64,000 bases of DNA from assembly GCA_001662655.1 (NCBI GenBank), contig KV460249.1. One strand, 5' to 3'. Origin of the DNA: Pseudogymnoascus verrucosus (taxonomy: Eukaryota). Below are positions 22,312-34,896 of the stretch, piece by piece. Position 1 is the first letter of the stretch. Each line of letters opens with the position of its first letter. Under the pieces are notes generated by a model. The model was not told where the DNA came from, did not search any database, and saw only the letters and a list, made by a program, of their open reading frames with translations. A program made the translations under genes and the position numbers.

Positions 22312-23595
22312 TCACGCCGTGTGCCCATGCTCATTGCCCATCTGTGCAGCGTTTTCCTTTACAAGCCCCATGAGACGATCGTACGCCCTCTGATCAGCAC
22401 CATCGATGAACTGCCGAACGTTCTCCTCGACATTATAATGTAACGATCCATACTTATCGCTCAAATATCCGTATCCGAACAACTTCAGCCCAGGGTTATC
22501 CTTCAACTTCCGCCGGACATCTCGAACCTTCTTGGTATCAGGCTCGTCATCATACGCAAGGAATACCTCATCACCCCCCGCAACGAACTCGGTAAGCGCG
22601 GGCTTCGCCTCGTATATGAAATCAAAGAACTGGGCCCAATATAGAGGATTATCCGCCATGCCGCCCCCGTCTCCTGCACTAAAGCATTCCTTTACGTCGA
22701 GAGATCTAAGGACCTGGGCGTGGCTATGCACAAACCAGACCAGCTCCGGGCCAACGAAGCAGTTCTCCAATTTCAGAGTCTGTAAAACCGGGAGGTCATC
22801 AGGCTTCAGCGCAAGTGCGACATAGCGATACCCATCAAGACCAAGGGGGTCCCCTGCGTTGATATGAAGGTGTTTCAGCCCGCTCATGTGGTGGAGAAAC
22901 GAGGTATCCAAGTTACGAAGAAACTCAGTATAGCCGTCTTGCGTATTTGTCATCCAACCCGCGCCGTTATCCATCCCGAGGATGTTAAAGGTAGCAGATT
23001 CGAGCTGGGAAAGAAATTGGCGGAACATCTCGGTGTCAAATGTAGATGTCCACTTGGGGATAAAGTCGTCGAGAATAAGCTCCCTCACATAATCAGCAGC
23101 TGAAAGCGACTGCCAAGTCTCCCTCATAAGCGCACGCCATTCCCATGCCTCTTCTTCCTCTCGGACGAAGTCTTCGGTCTCAATCTCCTCAAACAGATCA
23201 ATAGACCCGCCGCCATTCATATTGCTCTCCCAGTATTCACCGTCATCGAAGTCAAAATCAAATCTGAGCCGGACCGTATGTAGATTTGGTGTGAAATGGC
23301 CTTCTAGGAGGTAAGATGCGGAGTGTGGTAGAGACATTGCTGTGAGTAGATCGCCGGAGTCGGAGTGGCCTGTGAACTCAATCCGTGATGTATGGTCGCC
23401 ATGAGCTTTGACGGCCGCATGGGCAGATCTTGCTGATGCCGTACTGTTAGAGAAATATATTGTCTTAAAGATTTCTGGTATAAATTGAGTTCGATATTGT
23501 TTGCAAGTTGCGCTCAAGCGGACTTTATCAATTAGTTCGAGTTGCTTGGAAACTTGAAGGAGCAGTTCGTGAGGAAGAGCCGAAAGAGAAGCCAT
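22312..23595 (-). CDS. F-box domain protein with LRR-like C-terminus
   Basis: N-terminal LSALPHELLLQVSKQL..DKVRLSATCK F-box pattern and LxxLxL repeats. Intronless. Confidence 0.82.
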   Translation of the reverse strand: MASLSALPHELLLQVSKQLELIDKVRLSATCKQYRTQFIPEIFKTIYFSNSTASARSAHAAVKAHGDHTSRIEFTGHSDSGDLLTAMSLPHSASYLLEGHFTPNLHTVRLRFDFDFDDGEYWESNMNGGGSIDLFEEIETEDFVREEEEAWEWRALMRETWQSLSAADYVRELILDDFIPKWTSTFDTEMFRQFLSQLESATFNILGMDNGAGWMTNTQDGYTEFLRNLDTSFLHHMSGLKHLHINAGDPLGLDGYRYVALALKPDDLPVLQTLKLENCFVGPELVWFVHSHAQVLRSLDVKECFSAGDGGGMADNPLYWAQFFDFIYEAKPALTEFVAGGDEVFLAYDDEPDTKKVRDVRRKLKDNPGLKLFGYGYLSDKYGSLHYNVEENVRQFIDGADQRAYDRLMGLVKENAAQMGNEHGHTA

Positions 23596-23976
23596 TTCCA
23601 ACAGGTTCAGCAAACAAACACGACTCTAATAATTGAGAACAATCGTTACTCTGTCGTGAGGCAAAGAGGCCTCTAGTAGATAAATTAAGGCACCAGGGTA
23701 GAACTAGTACCGTTTCGACTAAACCCTACAACGAGAATGGAGATCCATTAATTCGAACGGCGGCAGTGTCCGAATACTAAGCGAATACTTGTAGGGACCC
23801 CTAGGTCGGGGCTTCCCGTCGCATTGAGCGGGCAAACACCTGTTTGGCTCTGCTGAACAGGATTCGCGGCCCTTCATTAAGCTGAGGGCCGCGAATCCAC
23901 AGATCACTATTTTGGTAGCGCGATTCTTGTCCTCTCACGTACATCAATGGTTTTGTAGCTGCCCGCCCCTCGTGCT

Positions 23977-25198
23977 ATGTCAAAGCTGCCGCTCACCGCT
24001 GGTCAGATTCTGAAAGGGAGGAATGGCCTATACGAAATTATTGAGGCACTGAAAACAAATAAGGTGTTTAAAGCCGCAATCGTTACCAGTACTTCCGAGG
24101 GAATACCTCCAGGCGCCCAAGAACTGTCTATCATGAGGGCCATTCTTCGATAGCTCGTTGACTTGTTAATAGTGCTGTGATCAAGACAGAAACAGATCAG
24201 TCCATGAAGTATGTCTTCAACCGTGAGCGAAACAATTACGAACTCCCGCACATGGCTTCATGTAGAACAATAAGAGCGCTCCGCGATGTTATTAGCTTTG
24301 ACCCCCAAAAACCATTAGAGCCGCAGTGCATGGTCTTCGAGTGGATGGATCAGGATCTTCGGACAGTGCCATACTCTAGGTTTTGTTCCAAGCCTGAGCT
24401 CCCACGTGTGATCGCAAGATCAGTCCTAGAAACACTTGCCTTCCTGAAAGAAACGTACGGTGCTTTCCATTCAGGTATTATTCCCCAAACCTTACCTACA
24501 CAGGCGCAGATTCTTACCGATTTTACAGATATCAATCCGAATAACATTCTACTATCAAATGACAACAGTGCATGCCCTGTTGTCAAAGTGGGCGATTTGG
24601 GGAACAGTAAGATAGCATTTATCTACCTACCAAACGAGACTAAAATAAATGTAGTGCTCAGAGAAGGCTACGATGATATACGGATCCAAAGCCTACCAAC
24701 CCGTGACCCCGAAGTCTGGCGTGGCCTCGGGTGCTTTCACAGCTCCGACGTCTGGTCCCTCGGCGCGACGGTAATCTCCCTACCAACCAAACCCCACCAA
24801 TAGACATGGAATCTAACAACTACCAAGTTGACATTCTGGCTTGCCCAAAGGCTCGTCTTTGGCGCCGGCGACAAGATCATAGATGATAACACTGAGGCAT
24901 GGTGTATAGCCAAAATCATCCGCCTCGTAGGGTCGATATCGCCTCCTGTGAATGAGGCTTTCCTCGATGAGTTCTCGCTGGCGCGGGCGCTGGAGAAAGA
25001 GAAGTACGATGATCCGGAGACCGGGGAGATGAGCGATTTATCACTGTAGGGACGGTGCGGCAGGAGCTTGAGAGAATTGAGGGGGTGCCGCAGGATCTGA
25101 TCGAGTTTATTGAGTACTTATTGGTTATTGATCATACGAAGAGGCCGACGGCGAGAGAAGCGCTGGGGCATCCGTACCTGGCGGACGTGGTAGCCTGA
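23977..25198 (+). pseudogene. Ser/Thr protein kinase (fungal CMGC/SRPK-like), apparently frameshifted near the 3' end
   Basis: AVIK, VFEWMDQDL, HS/DINPNNILL, VKVGDLG, TRDPE, SDVWSLG and KRPTAREALGHPYL across several introns. Frame changes at ~25033 with no intron there. Confidence 0.75.
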
Positions 25199-25510
25199 AG
25201 ATGAAACGTTTGTTACTCACAATGGCCGTGGCATTGTTACTGTAGATTAGCCTAAATTGTTACTCTGTCGTGGGGCAGAGAGCCAGAGCCTCGAGGAGAT
25301 AAAGTAAGGCAGACACGAGGAGAGGTCGTGCCGTATTGACTAAAACTACGACGAGAATAGAGCATAAAATTACTATCCATCTGTTATCCTGCAGCCATGT
25401 AATCGTTGGAGGATTAGTGATGATAAGTGGGTGCGATAAAAGTAATATCACAAGCGTAGAGACGATTAATCAAATGCGAATGCATACTAGTATCATATCT
25501 ACTACAATCA

Positions 25511-25586
25511 CTATAACTCGATTAAGAAGGCAAGATTTAGCCTTCGTTCTTTGAGGCTAAGCCTTGCCTTCTTAATCGAGTTATAG
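25511..25586. repeat. 76-bp near-perfect hairpin (micro-MITE or TIR remnant)
   Basis: CTATAACTCGATTAAGAAGGCAAG and its exact reverse complement form 24-bp perfect arms, extended by 7/9 further pairs around a 10-nt loop. Confidence 0.85.
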
Positions 25587-25868
25587 GAGTCGGGACAGCG
25601 GGGAATGCGGGGTTCCAGGATTTAAAGTTAGTTTCCTTGTCCTTGGCAGGTGCATGTCTGTGCCTAATATAGGGGTAGATCGCCTCATGACGCCACTACC
25701 TACGTTATAACTATGCTTTCTTTCCTCTCCCCTCCAGATATAATCACGTAACGTTACGTTACATATTAGACATGTCTTAACGGGCGAGCGGAGAGGGCAT
25801 GGCAGTTCTATATTACCCTCAAGTATCAGCAGACAAAATGGACAAAATCATCGCCTCCCTTACCGTCC

Positions 25869-27745
25869 ATGGCAATGTCTTTGTCTCATTGCTTCTTGCT
25901 TGTCACAGCGGTATCTCGCCTTTTGGCAGGTGCCGCTGCGACGCCTATCCTGACTGTGTCGAATGCGGCGCCAGTCGTTGATCTAGGCTATTCCCAATAC
26001 GAAGGAACAACTTTGAGCTCAGAGGTTGACCAGTACCTGGGGATGCGATTTGCAGCACCTCCGCTGGGCAACTTGAGATTCCGAGCCCCACAGGAGCCTG
26101 CTGCAACGACAGGGATACAGGAAGCCAAGACTGTAAATACCTTAAAACCATCGTCTTCCTATATAATTATCATACTAAGCAATCTATAGCTTCAAACCGT
26201 CTGCCTAGGAAATGGCGTCCAGTTACCCTCTACTTTACAATCCGAAGACTGTCTTTTCGCCAACGTTTGGACCCCTGCGTCGGCTACTATTACGTCAAAA
26301 CTCCCTGTTTGGATATACATCCAGGGAGGAGGGTATGCGAGTGATTCAAACGGGCGATACAACGGTTCAACCGTGGTTGAACAGTCAGGCCAAAATGTCG
26401 TCGTTGTCATGTTTAATTACAGGGTTGCGGCGTTTGGTTTCCTAGCTAGTGAGAAAATAAGGGCGAATGGGGATCTCAATGCGGGCTTGCTTGACCAACA
26501 ACTGCTGTTCCGCTGGGTGAAGAAGTATATCCAGCAGGTATGTTTTTTCTACACGATTTCGAGATATAATCTCCCAAATGCTAACACACTGTGGCAGTTT
26601 GGAGGTGACCCGGATCATGTAGTCATTCATGGAGCATCTGCAGGAGCTGGATCCGTAGCTTTGCATTTGCTAGCATAGTGAGTATTCTATAGGTAGTATT
26701 CCGGTTTATCCCTGCTAATATCGTGCAGTGGTGGTCGGAATGACGATCTCTTCATTGGGGCTATTGGGGAGTCCGTCTTCCTCCCTACTTCGCCCAAAGT
26801 CTCTGAACTCGAGTGGCAGTTTGACCAGTTCGTCAGTGATGCGTCATGTGCTGGTTCAGCTGATGAATTGGAATGCCTCAGATCGCAAAACACGACAACC
26901 CTGCAGGCAGCAAACAAGGGGAGGCCATATCCTGGACAATCGAAATCCCCTAATTGGTACTGGACTCCTACTATCGACGGAGATTTCCTCCAAGACTACC
27001 CTTACAAACTGCTTGAGCAAGGGAAGTTTGTTAAAGTGCCCATTATGGTTGGAGGTTTGTCTCGGTCCCTCTCGCACTGTTGTTAATGCTAACCTCTCTT
27101 CAAGATGATACTGATGAGGGCACATCATTTGCTGACAACGCCGCATCTCTAGCTGATGTTGCTACATTTATGACGAGAAACTACCCCCGTCTATCTGCCA
27201 ATGATACCGATGCCATAAACGCCCAATACCCACTCATGTCACCCCTTCCCAAACACAACCCCTATTTCCCCTCCGCATCAGCCGCCTACGGCGAGTCCAC
27301 CTTCATCTGCCCAGGAAACTTCATCTGCAACTCCTTTGCGACTCACGTCTCCCCTAACAAAGTCTGGAACTACCGATACAACGTCAACAGCACCAATTAC
27401 GACGACGCCGGGCTAGGCGTCGTGCACACCATCGAGACACAAGCTGTTTTCGGACCAGGTAACGTAGGCGAGACTCCAGCGGCTGACATCCAGTCCGGCA
27501 TCACCACCGTCAATAGAAATATCGTCCCCGTGGTCATGAACTACTGGATTAGTTTTGTGAGGGCCCTGGATCCGAATACGTACCGGTTTGCGAGCGCGCC
27601 GCGATGGGGCGAGTTTGGGGATGGGAGGGATGGAGGGAGGAGGCTGAGGTTCGAGACTAATGCTACGGAAATGGAAGTGGTGCCCCGGGACCAGGTGGAG
27701 AGGTGTGAGTTCTGGAAGGACCTGGCGGTGGTGATGGAGCAGTGA
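25869..27745 (+). CDS. Secreted type-B carboxylesterase/lipase
   Basis: Signal peptide, YLGMRFAAPPLGNLRFRAP, SEDCL, IQGGG, NAGLLDQ, FGGDPDHV, GASAG nucleophile, DEG and HTIE. About 4 introns. Confidence 0.93.
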
Positions 27746-27872
27746 TTGGACTATTTCTCCTCTTGTGGTAGAGATGGAAATGATGAGACTACACTCAATA
27801 CCCGATATATTCTCTAATAGGGGGTTAAGGATATAAAGGGGATATATAATTCATCGACGTTTTAGTTTTTAT

Positions 27873-29217
27873 CAGCTAATATCATAAATGGGGCTCTTTT
27901 TAATTCAAAAAATCATAAATAGGCCTCTTTTTATATATAATGTCATAAGTAGGCCTCTTTTTAATACAATATCAGGAATAGGCCTCTTTTTTTCTTATCG
28001 TGCACGTGGCTGATTATTCTGCCAGTTATATAACTATGCATTAGCTGACTTTGTGTTAGGGGTAATTGCGGAATACAGAGGACTTTACGCAAAATCGTAT
28101 GAGGGTCTCTAGTCACCGTAATTACTCTTCTTTAGGCAGCGGAACAGAGGCTCCACAGTAGAATATAGTATATAGGATAATATAATCAATTAAATTACTC
28201 ACTAAACTACAGGCCTACGTACGCTATTTATAGGCCTAGGGGAAACCCCTAAAACCCTAAAGGTTTAGGTTCTTACACCCTAAACCGAAGTAATACACTA
28301 GGCTAAAACCTTAGCTTAGTATATCTTCCTCCCCTTCTTCTTAGTCTTTAATAGTCTTGCATTTTAAGACAAATCTCATTAACTTTAAGGTCTTAGTCTA
28401 GTACGATTGCCCGTTGTCTTGAAGAGTAGCTATAATAGATAGCTTAGCTTCTTTCATTAAAGGGAAAACATCACCTATTACTAGAGTAGACATTATACTA
28501 GTAAGGATATAGTAATATAAGGGTAGGAATACTTAAATATATGTAAAATGTAAGTAGAGGTAGTTAGAGTTTTCACTCGCATAATATGATGTAGGCGGTG
28601 AGCGATAAGAAAAAAAGAGGCCCATTCCTGATATTGTATTAAAAAGAGGCCTACTTATGATATTATATATGTTCCGGCCCAACCACCAACTCTGCTGGTT
28701 GGCCAACTGGCCGGTCAGTTGGCCAACTGGCCGGCCGAACCACCAACTCGAGGTAGCTTCTTGGTGTAATTTCTATATAAAGTTACTTATTCTAAATTTC
28801 TTCTATACAATACTACAATAGTTAATAATTATGATTCCTACGTATATACTGTAATTGTAACTACTCCTATGCTATTTAGAAGTAAAAAAGTCATAGTTAT
28901 GACTATATTTCATTAGGTGGTAGAAGGTACTTCTAAAAGCTGCCTTTAACCTACTAATTTATGTAGAAATGAGTGTGTATAGTAAGTACCTTTGGAATAA
29001 GTAACTTTATATAGAAAGTACACCAAGAAGCTACCTCGAGTTGGTGGTTGGGCCGGCCGAACCGCCAACCTAAAAGTTGGTGGTTCGGCCGGCCAGTTGG
29101 CCAACTGACCGGCCAGTTGGCCAACCAGAATAGTTGGTGGTTCGGCCGGAACATATATAAAAAGAGGCCTATTTATGATTTTTGAATTAAAAAGAGGCCC
29201 ATTTATGATGTTAGCTG
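27873..29217. mobile_element. Non-autonomous TIR element (Mutator-like MITE), ~128-bp TIRs with four AGGCC(T)CTTTTT-like subrepeats
   Basis: 27873-28000 is the reverse complement of 28603-28670 plus 29153-29217. The 9-bp flanks AGTTTTTAT and ATTTTTTAT match at 8/9. Interior is AT-rich and RIP-like. Confidence 0.85.
28671..29152. mobile_element. 482-bp MITE/foldback element inserted in the right TIR of the outer element
   Basis: GTTCCGGCC...GGCCGGAAC ends and ~125-160-bp TIRs built from GGCCAACTGGCC and AACCACCAACT units. ATATAT is duplicated relative to the uninterrupted left TIR. Confidence 0.9.
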
Positions 29218-29376
29218 ATTTTTTATTTAAGAATGAAGCTTATATGTGTATTTCGGTTCTAAGCGTATCCTTCTATACAGATTGTATTGTACTAACACCT
29301 AGTTGCAATAGCTCCAAAGTCTATATACCGCTGCTACTTATTAAGATAAACACCTTTTTATATATATAACACACCT

Positions 29377-30624
29377 CTATACCACCCCTCTCACAATTTT
29401 AATATCCGTCCTGACCCTGATTCTCCCATCCCTAGATTCCTCCTCATCCATCCCAAGATCCTTCTCCTCCCTCTCCACCCTCTCATTCATCTTAATATAC
29501 ACCGAGTTCCCCAACTGACTCCCAGACTTCCGGCGTGTGCCCTGCGACTTCGAGCCCGTCCCGTACCCGACACCTTTTGAGCCCTGTGAGCCGAGCGTCC
29601 CTGCGCGCCACGACGAGAAGGTGAAGAGGCCGCGGATTGTCGGGAGACAGGCGCAGATCATGCCGACGGAAGGCTCGATGTGTGTCCAGAGGGTGGCTTG
29701 GTAGACGGTATCTGCGGCGGGGTTAGCACAACCATGCAAGCTGGGAATTGGAAAAGAGGAAGGGGGGGGTTACATGTAGTGTCGGCAGGTTCGATATAGA
29801 AGAGGACGACGATGCGGTAGACGCTTGCGAAGCAGACACTGGAGGTGGTTAGCTGGGTTTCGATTCTGAGTAGAGAAGGAACGCACAAGCCGCCGAGGGC
29901 GAAGACGCAGCTGAGCGCGAGCTTATCCTGCCACGAGCGCTTGAGGCGCCAGATGATGGGCAGGGGCAGGCCGAGGATGACAAAGTCCATGATGACGTTG
30001 AAGGTCTGGTTAACGATGAAGTAGGTGGTTCCGTCGATACACACGGCGGGGACAGACTTGTCCCAATAGCCCCGTAGAGGTCGGCACTGAAGTGCACATG
30101 TGAGGAAGATGGCGGCGGCCCAAAGGCCGATGAGCCAGTTTATGAGGGCGGAGATGCGGTGAAAGGTCGCGCCCGAGAAAATGCGGCGGTAGAAGCAGAT
30201 GATGGAGATTTTGAGGACGGGGCAGAGGGCGAAGTAGGTGAATTGGTTCGCGATGAAGATCTGGGGATGTGTTAGGGGCTGGAAAATTTGGGGGTAGAGG
30301 GGGGGTGTTGGACCTTGCCGAATATAATGAGAGTTTCAGGAGAGAGCTCTGAAAAATGAGTCCCGTTACCGCCGATGGCGCACCCTTTGTTTTTTATGTT
30401 AGCTGATAGCTGAGTTTGCACAGGGACATGATCTCACAGAAAATCAACTGCACAAGCATCCCATATAGTAGAAACAGCGCCGTAAAACAGAGGTAGTCAT
30501 CTATCTCAATCTTGACCCGGCGCTTGAGCCTAGCGAAAACGCGAAGGATGGTAGCGATTGTGGCAAGACCGACTAGCACCGTGACGATAATGATCATCTT
30601 CCATCCCCTCTCACTGGGCGCCAT
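29377..30624 (-). CDS. Pth11-like (fungal rhodopsin-domain) integral membrane protein
   Basis: LRVFAR..DDYL, KISIICFYRRIF, QCRPLRGYWDK, DFVILGLPLP, W.HIEPSVGMICACLP. Several introns. No CFEM domain. Confidence 0.9.
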
Positions 30625-32114
30625 TGTGGCGGGTGGTTAGGGCAAAAAAAGCGATCTGATCATCGATTTTGGCCGGACAGGGTGGAACAGCTGAGGGCGA
30701 CATGAAAGTGATGGCGGGCGGGCGCCGTGCAAAGGGATGGGAACAGTCTTGTAATACTCCATTGGGAGCCAGGATGGAGAGTGCGAGTGCGAGGGCGGCG
30801 TGGCTGGCATGGTCGGCCGCGGTCTCACAGGGGACAACAGGCAGGAAGACTGGACGGGCGGATGAGGGAACTGGTCCTAAAGGATCGGCAATCAGATTCG
30901 GGTTGATCTACCAATCAGGCTAACAGTCGGACGATAGATCGACATGGATGTACATAGTGTTTGCTGTAGATATATCGAATGCATGTGAGCTGCATCGTAG
31001 CATGTGCTGGGATTGGTGAAGCAATACGAACTTGTATAGCTAGTTGTATAGCTAGTCTCAGGGTATCATATTGGTTGGCGTCCACGTATTATTTTGGAAG
31101 GGTGTGCACGTAGCACATATTTGGACCGTAGCGGCGCGGCGATCAGCGTAACATCAGCGTAGCGAGGTACAAGCTGAGATGAAGTGTGGTTATCGGGGAA
31201 TCGGGAATCGGGCCATCGCGACACTAGGAAACGCCGTCGCTATTAGTGAACGGACGCTATTCCGTGCACAGAGCCTACCTAGGCCCTATGCTAAGAGTAT
31301 ATATTGTGGCGGCCTGCTACTACTGTATCTAGGTACAACAACTATGAAAATAAAATCTGTTAATGACTGCTGGCTGAAGCTATTATATTATGCTGTCATA
31401 TTATGAAGTTTACGAGAGACGGCAGTGTCTTCGGTGGGGTTTTAACTCTGTACCATTCAGGGGAACGAGGAGGATTTGGCAATTTCCAGCTATTTTCCTC
31501 CTTCGGCAAACTCTAAACGCCTGAGAACGGCCTTCGCGTCGATGCAACTGAGTGGATCTGGACGGCTGGGAATGCAACCTTCCATCTCGAGTCCCCTGCA
31601 TCTCCCGGGGACTCTCAGCAAGGATGATGGTCAAACGCCACTGAAGACAATGTGCCAGCATTTAGCGTGGTGTGAGTGGTGTACACGGACTCTATATGGC
31701 TTGTTGGCATGTTCCTTACTAACCAGGGACCCCAGCTGTCTCATTAGCGATCCCTTCTCTTGTCGGCGACACACTCACTGCGCCCTGTATCTGCATCGCT
31801 TCCGCGGATATCCAACAGACACGATGCACATGCGACGCCGAGACTGGCCATCCATTCTACAAGTTACAGCATGGTCGGTAGGGGTGAGAAATTAACCCCA
31901 ATCGCTACCCTAAAACCGGTCCCCCCGTGGTGTCGGTCCCCGGGCCGTCACAAGTTGAGTTGAAGCATATTCTACAAGAACCCATTCTGCGATCCTTCTA
32001 CATTCCTTCTGCTCTTTTCCTAAAAACTGTGTTACCTCGCTGTAGTACAGCTTTGATTTCTGTTTAATTGGCACATTCCTTTTTTCGTCGTTCTTTTGTC
32101 TTTACCCGGCTTCC

Positions 32115-33858
32115 ATGACAGGTGCCACCATGTCTTCTCTCACACAGGACAACGTCTCTGCGTCCGACGACAACATGCCGCCGTCGCCAGAGAAACTTCA
32201 CGCCTCCCCCGATATTATGCAGAAGAGGAGCAGCAAAAACGTCGTTCTCATCCCGCAGCCAAGCGACGATGAGGATGACCCGCTGGTAAGTGAGACACTG
32301 GGACCCACGGGCTTCCAATCGCCTGCGCGTGAAGCATTAAAAATATGTATATTGAACTCGGACACAGAACTGGCCTATACGGAAGAAGATCATTATTTTC
32401 GCATGTATCTGTCTCGCCGGCTTCGCGGGCCAAATGTCGCCGAACTCCAACCAGCTCACCTTCGTCCTCCAGATCCCGACATACGGAAAGACGCAAGCCG
32501 ACCTCCTCAACACCGTCGCCGCCGCGCTCGCCGGGTGGATGGCTGGTCCGTTCTTGTTTACGCCGTTTGCCGGTCTCATCGGCCGCAGTTCGGTCATCCT
32601 CTGGAGTCTCGTCGGCACATTCGCGTGCCAGATCTGGGCGGCGAACATGACAGGCCCTGATGACTTCATCCCATTCACCATCTCGCGCCTCATCTGTGGC
32701 TTGTTCGGCGTCATCCCCGCTATCATGGGGACGGGATACATCATGGACATGTTCTTTCTGCACCAGCGCGGGAAGGCCTTTGCCATCTTCGAGGTGCTGA
32801 TCATCTTTGCCGTCGTCGGTGGTGGCACTCTGGGTGGCTTTATCGCCGAGTCCAAGCCATGGGAATACGTCTTCTGGTGGACCCTAGGGCCTGTTGGAGG
32901 AGCCATTATCCTGGTCTTCCTCTTCGTCGAGGACACCACCTTCAGCCGCGATCCCAGCGTCCCAAGGCGCGCCCCAATGCCTAAGTCCTGGCTCCCTAAC
33001 CGCGTCGCGACCTTCTTCCCCGGCTCAGCTACCCAGCCCACCGGAAGATTCGCTGAATTCGTATGTCCCTTCCTCACTCACCCAACCCCCACATCCACTT
33101 ACAGTCCCTAGAAACGCCGCGCCATCGTCCCCCTCCAAATCACAATTGCCCCCATCACCCTTTCCGTCGGAACCTTCGTCTTCGTCGCCCTCGGCCTGCC
33201 CATCATGCAAGCCTCCACCCTCGCCATCTACCTCATGCCCCCCGTCATCGCCGGCGGCTACGGCTTCTCCTCTCTCCAACTCGCCTTCTTCACCATGACA
33301 GCTTGGATCGGCATCCTCGGCGCCCAGGCCTACGGGTACTTCTTCAACGACGCCATCCCCCTCTGGGTCGCGCGCCGCCGCGGCGGCGTCTGGCACCCGG
33401 AGTACCGCCTCGCCAACGCCCTGCTGCCGGGGCTGCTGCTCCCCATCGGTCTCGGGATCTACGGCGCGGGTTTACAGTTCCACCTGCACATCATGGTTCT
33501 CGCGCTCGCGAGCTTTATTATTTGGTTCGCTGCTCTGCTGGTCCTGCCCGTGTGTTACAACTACATTGTGGAGTGCTTCTTGCGCACACCTGTCGAGGCT
33601 AGCGTCGCGCTCAACTCGTACCGTATTGCGTTTGGGCTCATGAGCGTCTTTATCATTACACAGTGGCAGATGGCTGTGGGCGTTGGCTGGATGTGGGGTA
33701 TGGGTGCGTTTTTTGTGCTGGCGGTGGATGTGCTGATGGTCTTGGTGATCTTGAAGGGGCATGAGGTGAGGAAGCTCACGGTGCATATTAGCGAGACTAT
33801 TGCGGCGACGGAGGATGGGGAGAGGATTATCGGCGAGAAGGAGGATGGTTCTGCGTGA
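32115..33858 (+). CDS. MFS transporter (DHA1-like family)
   Basis: VLIPQPSDDEDDPL/NW, GR motif, DMFFLHQRG and WHPEYRL, with multiple TM helices. Introns at ~32286-32367 and ~33061-33111. Confidence 0.9.
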
Positions 33859-34896
33859 AGCGATGTTGGTTCTGCAGAAACAGCGACATTATAAAAATTG
33901 CTTGGGAGGTGGATCTACCAATGGTCCACGTAAAAAAGGCTGCATATACCGGATTTAGTATCTATTGTAGTAATAAACCATTTCCTTATTTGTATTTAAC
34001 GTCCGTTGCGAAAATGCAGCTCGACACAATACTATACCCACACTCGTACCTCCTCCAAGAATATACGCTGATAAATGCACCCCCCCCCCCCTTTTCGTTT
34101 CGTTATACTCCCATGCCTCCTATGTAGCTATTAGCGTTGATGTTAGTCAATCGAGCAAGGTTAAATCGATGGTGCGCTCACATCCGCTGAAGAACCCGTT
34201 CTGGGCGGTCCGATCCCAGTCTAACCCCTGTCCTGCCCCGTATCTCCTTCCTCCCCTGTCTATGTCCGTGTCCAGCGTCTAGAATAACCGTGTGACGCAG
34301 CCGATCATGTTCATCGTTTCCATAACAAGCGCCCGTGAACCAGATATTACACGCAGCGGGCATATACGACATATTAAGCACCGAACATTAGGACCGATGA
34401 GTCTGTCACTGCCGTCGGTGATTTACAGTTAATTCGTATAGATGTGGTTTGCAGATTCCGAAACAATTTAAATTATATATGCATGCATCTACAAGCACCC
34501 CTTGAAGCGTGCCATACGGCTGGGTCGAGCGAATGTATGCGTAAATTTCCCGTATTCTTGCTAAATGGCTCATAGGGGATGAAGGCCCGCACCGGCCTCG
34601 GGGCCACTCCGACCGCCAAGTACTACTCTACGTGTACCTGAGCTTTGAACCTTCTTTTTTTTCACATGACACTATGATAGCTGCGGAGACGTTACACGCA
34701 GTCTTCAATGCTACAGCTTAGCTAACCCTATGGTTTTGAAAGTGGACCTTGGTGGCACCTTGGTATCGGAGGGTGATGATGCCACTTCGAACCCAAAACA
34801 CAATACTTGAGCGCAAACCAAGGCCAGCGGGGTAACAAAAGAAGATACCAGTTCAACCTCAGACACCTACACTCTCGTGAGAACAAAACCGACGCC

